This document shows, one piece after another, positions 35,418 through 46,265 of a stretch of DNA of 64,000 nt. The first letter of the stretch is position 1; the number at the start of each line of letters is the position of its first letter. Origin of the DNA: Felis catus (taxonomy: Eukaryota); the NCBI RefSeq assembly GCF_018350175.1, contig NC_058383.1:14324001-14388000 (forward strand). Direction: 5' to 3'. The notes beneath the pieces were generated by a model. It worked only from the letters and a program-made list of their open reading frames with translations. It was not told the DNA's origin and did not search any database. Both the position numbers and the translations under genes were made by a program.

Positions 35418-35637
35418 AAAAAAAAATTTTTTTTAACATTTATTTATTTTTGAGACAGAGAGAGATAGAGCATGAACGGGGGAGGGGCAGAGAGAGAGGG
35501 AGACACAGAATCGGAAGCAGGCTCCAGGCTCTGAGCCATCAGCCCAGAGCCCGACGCGGGGCTCGAACTCACGGACCACAAGATCGTGACCTGAGCTGAA
35601 GTCAGACGCTCAACCGACTGAGCCACCCAGGCGCCCC
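35418..35637 (-). mobile_element. Can-SINE (SINEC_Fc-like)
   Basis: TSD taaaat(a/c)caggaaatt at 35402-35417 and 35638-35653. Confidence 0.94.
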
Positions 35638-36374
35638 TAAAATCCAGGAAATTTTAGTTATGGGCGACAGGTCTGGGGAACACGAAATAATTTATTATTA
35701 TCTAAAACCATGGCTAGGTGGTGGGCATTTCAGCCAGAGCATTTAGGGCCGCCCAAGGGTTTGAGTGACTGCTCCCCCTACTCGGCACTGGGGTGGACAG
35801 GGGGGTAACAGGTCACGTGGACACAGGATCGGCGGCTGCTCCACATCGATGGTTAGCTGCTGAGCTTCACTGGAGATACGCTTCTGGCTGGAAACCGCAG
35901 AAATGGCAGAACGCAGACAATTTTAAAATCTCCCATACAAATCAATATTGAAATGAGAAACACATGCCCTAGCTCTGCAGTCTGACGTGACAGGACGCGG
36001 GACCCCGTCTAGGACGTACCGTTCTTGTGGCTCAGGGAGAAGAGCCTTGGCCGCGGCTATTAAATGGTTCTGCAGGATGTGACGTCATCTCTTCGGCTCA
36101 TCGCCCATTGGCCAGAGTCGGTCACATGTCCAAGCGGACCGTTCACGGGGTTGAGCGAGGGAGTGCGCCCCTCTGCGGGCCCGGTGGTAAAAAGCGGGGT
36201 GTCTCCAGTGAGGGGTGCGAATAACTGGGAACAGGTGCACCTTCCCTCGCGGACTGGGAGGGCACCCTGTGCAGTTCCAGAAGCGTTAGAAGAACCAAGG
36301 TCTTCTACCCTAGTGCCCAGTAACCTTCACCAGAGTGCTTCTTTCTATATCCAGGCCACCAGACCAGCTGAAGG

Positions 36375-36650
36375 AAGCGTGGCCCAGCATAGGACACAGT
36401 GGAGCTTAGAGTTAGGGCGTGAAGCCAGACCATCCAGCTTAGAAACCCGGCTTTGCCACCGGCTGGCTGTGTGGCCTGGGGCGAGCGACTTAACCTCTCT
36501 GGGCCTCAGTTTCCTGACTTGTCAACTGCTGCTCATACTCTCTGCTTCCCAGGACCGTTGTGAGATTTCCGTCAGTCGGCTTGGCCTGCGTGGAATGTTT
36601 AGAATGGTACCCAGCATGTAGTAAGTGCTCCATAAACATCAGCTACCATT
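36375..36650 (+). mobile_element. MIR SINE, near full length
   Basis: gctgtgtggcctggggcgagcgacttaacctctctgggcctcagtttcct...tagtaagtgctccataaa. Confidence 0.8.
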
Positions 36651-38000
36651 AGCCCAGTAGGAGACATAATGTGGGTTCGAGATCAGCAAAGACAACGTGT
36701 GGACAGAGGGTCTTTTGACGAGGTGGGGAAGATGGAACAAGAGCTGAGAGGAAGGAGAGAGCGTTCCCTCCAGGAGAAATCAGGGGAGGCTTCTCGGCAG
36801 AGGCGGCACTCGATCTGGTAAGACTCCGTCGGCAACTAGACTTCCTGCCAGCGGCCAAGGGCATTCCCGGAGGAGAACAGAACGGCGTCGGCAGATGCTT
36901 GGAGGGGTGAAGCTCGGAAGCATATCTGAAAAGCCGAGGCAAATCAGTCCCAGTTGGCTTCAGCCTGTATGGTGTGCGCATAAGCAACGGAGGCAGTAAA
37001 TGGCCCAGGGTGTATTTTATTGCTCGTTTTAAATAGAAAGATGAGATGAGCCAACAGGTAATTCAATAGCTTGGAAATGAAAAGAGATGGGAGGCAGGGC
37101 GAGGGTTCTCATTATTCTTCCAAATAATGCAGAGGAATGGGATTTTCACTTGACTCTTTTCCAAAGCCTTAGCTCTGTTCGAAGCAGGGAGCTTAATGCC
37201 CTGGCTTACGGGGGCCATCTTTTCCTTCTGGAACATGGGAAACGGCCCCTTCCTACGTCTGCCTCGGAGACGCACACGAGCGGGGAAGTCTGACCATTTG
37301 CTTTCCCCTAAGCTAGCGGGGCTGCACCTTGGGCCTGGAACCAGGTCCCTGCCTGTCTCCCGCTGTAGCCCTGAGGGGACCGGCTAGCTGGGAGGCACGA
37401 TTCTGCCTGCCTTTGCTTTTAATTAGTTCTCGCCTGCCATCGCTAACCAATTCAATTAGATCCCTTTTAAGAAATCAATTAAGTAATCAATTAAACCAAC
37501 TGAAATAGTCACGCACACCGAGAAGCTAGTGAAATGCTTATTAAAACCAGGCCGTCCAGGGCAGAAGTGACCCATTTTGGGGAAGAAAATTCGGCTCCTG
37601 CAGAAGAAACAAGGAGCATCACCAGGAGCCCCGAGGGGGAGATGGAAACGCTAAACTCACTTGTAGCCGAGAAGGCCTTGCCTTGGCTGATATCGTCAGC
37701 ACAGAAGAGAGGCCTGGTGCTTTCCGGGGGGGGGGGTACCCCCCAGATTCCGAAATCTTGCTCGGGGCCTCTCAGGCCGGGATCCCCCTTGGGCCAGGGT
37801 CCGAGCTGCCCTGCGTGCTTACAGCTGCACGACCCACCCGGGGCAGGTCACTCCCGTGCCTCAGTTTCCACCTGAGCCCCAGCCTCCCCGGGGCCCGCAC
37901 TTCCCCGTTCCTTCTCCATGGTGCCCGAGTCTGTGCCCGTTTGAGGGGTGGGCGTGCCTCAGGAGAGAGACTTAACTAGATCTACTTCTCTGTGTTGCAG

Positions 38001-38198
38001 GGCCGAGCCGGTTCTGTCCCGAATCCAGGAGAACCGGAAGCGAGTGATCCTCCCGTCCATCGACAACATCAAACAGGACACGTTCGAGGTGCAGCGCTAC
38101 GAGAACTCGGCCCACGGCTACAGCTGGGAGCTGTGGTGCATGTACATCAGCCCCCCGAAAGACTGGTGGGACGCCGGAGACCCCTCTCTCCCCATCAG
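38001..38198 (+). CDS. GALNT17: GALNT17 internal coding exon (probably exon 5, 198 nt)
   Basis: Acceptor cttctctgtgttgCAG ending 38000; donor AG|GTCTGT at 38199. Joins in frame (TG|G = Trp). Encodes WAEPVLSRIQENRKRVILPSIDNIKQDTFEVQRYENSAHGYSWELWCMYISPPKDWWDAGDPSLPIR. Confidence 0.95.
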
Positions 38199-38764
38199 GT
38201 CTGTGGCGGGCAAGCTCTGGGAGCCGTCGCGTCCCCAGATCTCCGGGGACACAGGAGCCCCGGGGGGGGGGGGGGAGGGCGTCTAGGAGGGACCGCCTGG
38301 GGCAGACCGGCGGCCTACGGAAGCTGCTTTAGGACTTCAGGGTATCTTCCCATCGTGGTTTTCTTGCTGAGGAAAGACATTGCTTCTTGAGCTTAAGTTT
38401 TCAAGGGCAGCTCAGCAGACGGAGAGACTGTCACGATAGGAACGTTCCCCTCCCTTTATTCTCCCTTCGTTCTTCATGTCTGGTGAGCTGTGTCCAGGAG
38501 CTGTGTGGTTCGAGAGGCGTCCATTCCTGGGGCCTCCTCGTACCTGCAACCTTCCCTCTCCCCTTCGGCACGATGCAGGAATGCGTAGAAACGGACACTC
38601 TTTGTGTGACCCTGGGGCAGCTGGAGGGCCTTGGGCTGCTCCGCGTGACCCTCGCCCGGGTCCCACCCTGCTGCCCCCGGAGACGGGGAGACCAGTACCC
38701 CATGGCGCAGCCGTTGGGGGCTCGCCTGTAAAGGATGTTGAATGACGTGGGTTGACTTTGATGC

Positions 38765-39221
38765 CGTGTTCGTGCCCCGTGGCCGCTGTGGCAAATCTCT
38801 ATCCGTGCGGTGGCAGGAAGCTCCGCAGATGTATCCCCTTCCATTCTGAAGGTCCAAAGTCCGAAATGAGCTTTACGGAGCTGGGCTCAAGACGTGTGCA
38901 GGGTGGAGGTCCTTCTGGAAGCTGTAGGGGAGAGTCCATTTTGTGCCAGCTTCTAGAGGCCCTCATTTCTCGGTTTGTGGCTCCATCACATCCCTCTTCC
39001 TCCCCTACTGTCTTCGTCACATGCCCATCATCTCCCTTGGGCGTTCTTGCCTCCCTTGTGATGGCATTTGTGGTCCGCGCGGATAATCTGAGCTAATCCC
39101 CCTGCCCAAGGTGCATCACGTCTGCAACGTCCTTTTCCCCATGTAAGGTAACGTTTACAGGCGCCGGAGATTAGGGTGTGGATTTTTGGGGGGGGGGGAG
39201 GGGGCATCGTTCAGCCCACCA
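38765..39221 (-). mobile_element. MaLR solo LTR (MLT1C/D-like)
   Basis: aagtccgaaatg...ccttctggaagctgtaggggagagtcc...ccagcttctagagg...catgtaaggtaac...ttcagcccaccac. Confidence 0.75.
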
Positions 39222-39782
39222 CGGATGCTCTGATTTTTAACCCAGATGATGCCTGGGTTGCCGTGCGGTGCTTTCTGTGAGTGCCGCCCAAAGGCCAAAC
39301 CCACTTGAAACTGTCACGGTTCTTTCTTGCGTTAGAAGAGGGGGAAGAGGCTTTCCTACCTTGGCTTGGTTCTAAGGCAGTGTTTGTTGGTATAAAGGGG
39401 GAGTACCAAGAAGGAATTGTGGAACAGGATGAGAAGCTTCTCCCAAGTAGTCGTGAAGTTCTTCCTTGTGGCATTCTAGATAACTGGGAAGCCTCATGTT
39501 CCTTTACTTTCCTGCCCGAATGGAAGAGTACAGAATTGATCGCATTAGAGTGGAGCTGCCCGTGGCAGATTTGTGCAACAGCCTGGTGATGTTTTGGGCC
39601 AGTAACTTCCTCCACCAGAGATGCCTTGTGACTCAGTTTCCATCCCAACCTAGACATTCAGTGTCCTTGTGCAATGCTTCGGGGCCACGCTCTTAGAATC
39701 CTCGCAGGTAATTATGCAGGCTCATCACTAAGGCGTTTTCTGAGAAGCAAAGCATAACCTTTGAGATAATTTAAGTTTAATG

Positions 39783-40465
39783 GGTGATATACCACCTCAT
39801 ATCCCTTAGGATGGCGACTATCAAAGAAATAAACAAGAGTAGAAAACAAGTGTTGGCACGGATACGGAGAAATTGGAACCCCTGAGCTTTGCTCGCGGAC
39901 ATACAAAACCACGTAGCCACTATGGAAAATAGCGTGACGGTTCCTCAAAAAAATTAAAAGTAGAATTACCATGTGGTAATTTTCACATCTGGGTACATAC
40001 CCCAAAGAGTTGAAAGGAGGCTCTCGAAGAGGTATTTGCACGCCCGTGTTCACAGCAGCGTTTTTTCACAATAGCCAAAAGGGGGAAATAACCCAGATGT
40101 CCCAGATGTCCACCAACAGATGAATGGATGGATTCAATGTGGTCTATACCTACAGCAGAATATCATTCAGCCTTAAACAAGGAAGGAAATTCTGACGCAT
40201 GCTATGGCATGGAGGAACCACGGGGACATCATGCCAAGTGAAATAGACCAGTTACCAAAGACGGATACGATACCTCATAGAAGGTACCTAGAATGGCCAA
40301 ATTCATAGAGACAGGCAGTAGAAGGGGGGTTGCCAGGGGCTGGGGAGAAGACAGGATGGCAAGTTGTTATTTAATGGTTATAGAGTTTCAGTTTTGCAAG
40401 ATGAAAAGCGTTCTGGCAACTGGTTGCACGATAACTTGAATGCAATTAACACTACTGAACGGAAC
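39783..40465 (+). mobile_element. L1 (L1MB-like) ORF2 end and 3'UTR
   Basis: aacaagtgttggca...gccactatggaaaatag...gttcctcaaaaaaattaaa...aggaaattctgac...gtttcagttttgcaagatgaaaag. Confidence 0.88.
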
Positions 40466-41389
40466 ACAAAGGGTGCTTCATCCCTGACCCACAGGGAGGC
40501 TGACCTCCAGCCTTGACCGATAAGAGAACGGAGGTGTGACGGTGGTGTTAACCACACAAGAGGGAAAGAAGTGGGTGCATCCTAACGCTGTAACATGCCC
40601 TGAAAACCTAGCTATTCCCCATGGATGAAAGGCGCTAGGCAAAAATGTAGCTTGTATTTAATGAGTTTTGGTAACATTAACAGATGATTAATATGCACTT
40701 AAAAGGGACTCAAGAAAATAGAGTTGTGATCACGAGTCATTAACATTACATGTATCTCTGATGCCCAAAACAGAACCCAATACCGATGATCTCTTTTTAA
40801 TGTATCCTAACTTACAAAATGCTTAATTTGTTAATAGTTGATGGGGATACTTAATTGTAGGAAGGAATTCTTATGGCCCTTCTGATGCTGTTAGGCAGAT
40901 ACGATGTGATTTCTTAAATGTTGGGACATGGTGGCTTCCCCCTCCCCACTGTGATTCTAATATTTTGATAGTAATGATTTTATTCTGGCGAAGGAAGGAA
41001 CGAGGAGAACATTTTCACAATCCAAATGGCATTAGACTGGATGAGGCCGTGGCTACTGAATCTTCCCAGCAGACAACATAACGTAGGAGATTTTTTCCAT
41101 TAAGAAAACGTACGTCCTGCGTTTTACTTCTTTCCCTTTTTCATATTTGTTTTGTTTTGTTTTGTGGTTTCTCCTGCCTGGTAAACAGTTTATTTCCCAA
41201 GTTTCGGGCAAGGAGAGAGCACAGGTGCCATGAAAGAGAACAGGGTCCAAGTGTATGAGGGGTGGGGGGTGGGGACTGAAGAGAAGGCTCACCAATAAGG
41301 AGGCAGCTGCTCTTAGCCCCGCCCTGGGGGATGGTGCTGGGCTGGGGGATGGGGACACAGGCTGGCTTTTGTCAGGTCCTCAGACTTTT

Positions 41390-41598
41390 TTTAAATTAAA
41401 AAAAAACTTTTTTAATGTTGATTTTTCAGACAGAGAAACAGAGCACAAGTGGGAGAGGGGCAGAGGGAGAGGGGGAGACACAGAATCTGAAGCAGGCTCC
41501 AGGCTCTGCGCTGTCAGCACAGAGCCCGACGCGGGGCGTGAGACCGTGACCTGAGCCAAAGTCAGACGCCTAACTGCCTCAGCCACGCAGGTGCCCCC
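41390..41598 (-). mobile_element. Can-SINE with small internal deletion
   Basis: Perfect TSD ggtcctcagactttt at 41375-41389 and 41600-41614. Confidence 0.92.
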
Positions 41599-42012
41599 GG
41601 GTCCTCAGACTTTTAAGAGAAAACACAAATCCAGATCATTGCATGAAATCTTCTGACTTCTAAATGTTGGCCAAAAAAAAATGCCTCTTCTTCAAAGCTC
41701 TGGGAGACCTGTATCATTCCCGGGACAGCTGTGGTCCATGCTTCTCACGCTGGGGGCTGTGGGTACCGCATGACTGGGGGATTTGGGGACAGTGTTACTC
41801 AGAGTTTTAGAGCTTGAGTTAAGCCATGCGGGGTCCCGCTGTCACCTCCAATATGTCGCTGCCCTCTGCTGCTGAGATTCTCCAGTGAAAGACTTTGAGG
41901 AGCCATGAGCCAACTCTCGCCTCTCAGAGGAAGGTCTCAAATCTGTCTTAAGCCCCGATTTTTCTCCAAAGTGCCATCAAGTCCAATGTCACATCAGTAA
42001 CCTATCATCAGA

Positions 42013-42180
42013 CCAGCAGATTTTAAACGTTTTCATGTCAAAGGCCTCTTGAATCATCTAATGAAAGGCGTAGATCGTATCAGCCCTGAACACGTACAAG
42101 TGGACAGAACTTTGCGTGCAGTTTCATGCAGTTTTTGAATGCCTTAATGATCCACAGGGCTTTCATTAAGAACCACTGCT
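42013..42180. mobile_element. MER103-like hAT-Charlie relic
   Basis: ttgaatcatctaatgaaagg...attaagaaccactg terminal motif. Confidence 0.5.
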
Positions 42181-42239
42181 AGGTGTTTCTACTTGGCTCT
42201 CCCAGTTGGAGAGCCTCTCTTTACCGTTCTTTATCACCC

Positions 42240-42368
42240 ACGAGACTATATGCTTTAGGAAGCCAGGACTGTGACTGGTTCACAGTTGTATCCCCAGGGC
42301 CTAATTACTCCCTTGGCACTTAGTAGGTTTGCTGGAAATCTGTAGCGAATGAATGAATGGATGAGTGA
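42240..42368 (+). mobile_element. L2 3' end
   Basis: gttcacagttgtatccccagggccta...tggcacttagtagg...gaatgaatgaatg. Confidence 0.75.
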
Positions 42369-42774
42369 CATCTGAGGCTCCGAAGAGCGATCAGGGCTAG
42401 CGATTAGATAGAGAGTGAGATTGTCCCTTAGAGAAAGACAAGGAGAGCGCCAATATTTCTGGGATGGAGGGAACCTACGTAAGAGCAACCAGCAAGTGAT
42501 GATGAATGGTCAGAGAGGTATGAGGATGATCCATGGAGTCCAAGACTTAAGACCAAGAAGACCGGAAGCACCATTGGGTTTAAGGGGTCCACTCATCACA
42601 GCCTTGGTGAAACCATTTTAAGGGACTCTTGGAGTCTGAAGCCAGTTGGCCTTGTATGGAGGACTGAATGGGATATGAAGGAGTGGGGGGGTGGTGTTTT
42701 GAGGTGTTTGGGGTCGACTCAGAGAGGTGAGTCGTAGAAACTATGGAGGCGGGTAAAGATCAAGTGATGTGTAG

Positions 42775-42988
42775 TTTATTTATTTACTTATTTTTAAAAC
42801 GTTTATTTGTTAATGAGACAGAGAGAGTGAACAGGAGAGGGGCAGAGAGAGAGAGAGAGAATCCCAAACAGACTCTGCAGCAGCATCTCAGAGCGCCACG
42901 CAGGGCTCGAACTCACCAACCGTGACATCACGACCTGAGCCAAAATCAAGAGTCAGGCGCTTAACTGACTGAGCCACCCGAGCACCCC
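42775..42988 (-). mobile_element. Can-SINE
   Basis: Reverse-complement body with T-rich tail. Confidence 0.88.
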
Positions 42989-43661
42989 TCTTCGTTCTTG
43001 TTTATAGTGACTTTTAATCATGACCACCTTTAAAGTGGCCGCAGGCCAGCATTCCTTCTGCGTCCCGTATCTGGTTTCCAGGATTCACACACCTTAGTCC
43101 TGCATGGGAGGGGAGAGGTGACTTCCCCCCACACGAGGCTCCCTCTAGTTCACAGGCCACTCTCCCTTTGCTAAGCCCGAGTCAGGCGGCAGTGAGGATG
43201 TTTCTTGCTGCCAGACGCACTCACCGCCGGGCTTGGGGACAGATGGTAGGATCCCCATTCGCTCCGGGGAGCACTTCACTCCAGGGAGCCTCTTCTGACA
43301 CAGTCCTCTTCCTAAACTCCACTTGCTCGTCAGCTGTTTCTTGAACTTCCTGCTTGATCTCCTTGAATATGACATCTGTTGTCTGAACATCCTCTTCCCG
43401 AATGAGGACGCGAAGAGTGCTATTTTAACACAGTACGAACAGTTGAGGGCACCGAGCAAGGGGAGGGAAGGTCTGAAGGCATCGGAAGGAGGCAGGGGGG
43501 CTGGTTGGGAACGAAGGACCCCGCAGAGCGGCGGGGAGGTCAGGTCCAAGACACGAACCATGGTTTAGTCTTGAAGAGAAGAACAGTGAGCTCATGCTTT
43601 GTGACCCACATTTTCTTCAGGAAAGAGGGGGAGAAATCATCCTTAAGAGTGAGAGCTAGGC

Positions 43662-43872
43662 GGGGTGCCTGGGTGGCTCAGTCGGTTAAGCCTCCGACTT
43701 CCGCTCAGGTCATGATCTTGCGGCTCATGAGTTCAAGCCCAGTGTCGGGCTCTGTGCTGACAGCTCAGAGCCACGAGCCTGCTTCAGATTCTGTGTCTCC
43801 CAATCTCTTTGTCCCTCCCTCGCTCAGGCTCTGTCTCAAAAATAAATATAAACATTAAAAAAAAATTAAAAA
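43662..43872 (+). mobile_element. Can-SINE (SINEC_Fc-like)
   Basis: Perfect 17-bp TSD aagagtgagagctaggc at 43645-43661 and 43873-43889. Confidence 0.94.
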
Positions 43873-44891
43873 AAGAGTGAGAGCTAGGCCTTGCATGGGG
43901 GTTACAGGAAAGCAATAAAGCTCTGGAATGATTTCCGGAAGGAATAGGAATGGGCGAGCCAACCAAGAACAGAGAAGTCATTGACGGCGGTCTTGAGGGT
44001 CCAGGAATATACATTCACCAAACTTTCTGTGAGAATTCCCTGACAAAAAAAGCTACTGTGAATTCAGTTGTCCTTTGATATAAGCTTGAATTTTATGATC
44101 TATAACATTAGGCACATATGTGTGAAAAATAGTAGCAGAAATAAGGACAAGGGGATATCACCCATGTAGCCTGGAGGCACCTGGGTTGGGTGCACCATGA
44201 ATTCGTGGAAGCCTAGCTTAACTCAGCAGTCTTCAGAGATGTGTCGCTCACAGCTTGGGAAGTGCTGATCTTTACAGTTCTTTCCAGCTGTAAAATCCCG
44301 TGCCTTTTACCAGCCGGCAAGGGTCCGAGGTGTCACCAGAGATGGGACATTTTACAGCACATTGCTTCCAGGGCACTGTCTGGGGCTGAGTCAGGCACCC
44401 TCTGTGAGGTGTCAGTCGTGCCTTCCTGCTCTGGGTTAGGTGACCCTACAATTAGTGGCATTGCTCATTAATACCTAATTCAGGCCGATGATTAATAATT
44501 AGCAATCTTAAAGCCAACATATAATTTGATAATAATTATAAGGTATAGGAGCCATTAGAGGCTGTTAGATTCTTAGTTGAAAGGGCTGGCCTGGGTATGC
44601 GTGGTTGCTGGTATCTCAAATTCTGTACACAAATGTATATAAAGGAGAAGGGTTTTATTTATTTTTTTCCCTCCCTAGAGGAAGATGACTGGCTTACACA
44701 AGGGGGAAATCCTTACGTGAAGTATCGGATCTTCCTAGACTTTTAAATAGAGAGATCTTCCCTGTGCACCAGCAGATATATTTTAGGAATCAATTGTGTG
44801 CTTAGCGTTGTAGGAACTTTTGGGGGGACGGTGTTGGTCAATGACATGATCCTCCTGAAGGAGATCATAGGCTGATTGGAGACAGAGGACC

Positions 44892-44946
44892 CAAGTGCAC
44901 ACAATTGCACACAATTGCACACAAGTGCACACAAGTGCACACAATT
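44892..44946 (+). repeat. 10-bp tandem repeat CAA(G/T)TGCACA, 5.5 copies
   Basis: Read directly from the sequence. Confidence 0.9.
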
Positions 44947-45039
44947 CGGCATCGGTGAGTGTGCATTTATGGGAGGAAAGGAACTTTGTGAGAGGGGTGG
45001 ATGGGGGAGCTTATAGACACCATAGCTAATGTTGGAACT

Positions 45040-45270
45040 TTCAATGCACCAGGCATTAATCATACGCTGTACGCATTGCATTTTACACATCGCGGTATCC
45101 ATTTACATCTGATACTAGCCCTTGGAGGTAAGTATTGGTATGGTCTCCACTTCACAGGCAGGGCTGCTAAAGCCCGAGGGCAAGCACTTTGCCCAAGGTC
45201 ACACACCTAGTAGGTCATGAAGCTGGGATTCTGGTCCGGTTACCCAGAGTCTACACTCTTGCCCATTGTG
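45040..45270 (-). mobile_element. MIR SINE
   Basis: cactttgcccaaggtcacacacctagtaggtcatgaagctgggattc. Confidence 0.75.
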
Positions 45271-45354
45271 CTGTCTGTCCTGGGAAAGACGGGACCTTCT
45301 GGACCTTGCAACCTGGCACGGTAGACGGGAGACAACACAGTTAGAGGCCCGGTG

Positions 45355-45860
45355 GTGAAAATGGGTGTGTTTGGGGACCCGCAAACCTCAGAAAAGCAGT
45401 GATGCTCGCGATTACTGATTTGTTACAGCCGAAGGGTACGGATTAAAATCGGTAAAGGGACCAGATGCATAGGACGGTGTCCAGGAGAAACCAGGTGCGA
45501 GCTGCTGGACATCCTCTCCCATGGAGTTGTGTGGACAGTACTCCGTGTCCCAGCGGTGAGAGGTCACAGCAGGTGTGAGGCATGGTCAGCCAGGGAAGTT
45601 CACCTGAGCCTTAACTTGCAAGGTCTTAGTGGGGGGTCGGTCATGGAGCGCCGTGTGACTAACCTCGGCTACGCAGTCTCCAGCTCCCCACAGCCGGAGC
45701 TTAAACCAGCATGGTCCAGGGCTTCAGGCAGGCAGAATCACTCTTATCAGGCAGGACGTCTCAAGGTTTTGTTAGTCATCTCCCTGGGCCCTGGGAAGAG
45801 CCAGTTCTTTCTTTGGAAGGTGCAAGGTTTGGGCAACCCAAGTCCACTGAGTTAACCATT
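45355..45860 (-). mobile_element. Solo LTR, MER21/MER77-like
   Basis: ttacagccgaagggtacggattaaaatc...ggagaaaccaggtgcgagct...ctttggaaggtgcaaggtttgggcaaccc...ctgagttaa. Confidence 0.65.
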
Positions 45861-46014
45861 CGCTTGGGTATTTTGGGTATGGTGAGAAAGCTAAAGGTAG
45901 GGAATATGCGTTAAAAAGGAGAGGCAAGACGGGAGACCATGTAGATCAAAACAGGAAGTCCGCTTGATGGAGGGTTCTAAAAACCAAACAGGGGAGGCCA
46001 GACTCAATCCAGTG

Positions 46015-46265
46015 GTCCAATGAGATAGATTAAAGATGGGTAAAACACTAATCGGGGAGACAAGAAGTGTAAGAGCAGTTGTCTAGGCCTGGGGAAGGGA
46101 CAGGGAGAGGAGAGACTGATGATGAGTCCCTTTCGGGGGGGGAGTGATAAAAATGCCCTAAAATTGATTCTGGAGACGATTGCGCAACTCTGTGAACATG
46201 CCGAGTGCTGTTGAATTGCGCACTTTAAATAGATGAATTGAATGGAATGTGAATTCCACCTTAGG
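46015..46265 (+). mobile_element. L1 (L1MB-like) 3' end
   Basis: gtgataaaaatgccctaaaattgatt...gcaactctgtgaa...ttgaattgcgcactttaaatagatgaatt. Confidence 0.7.
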
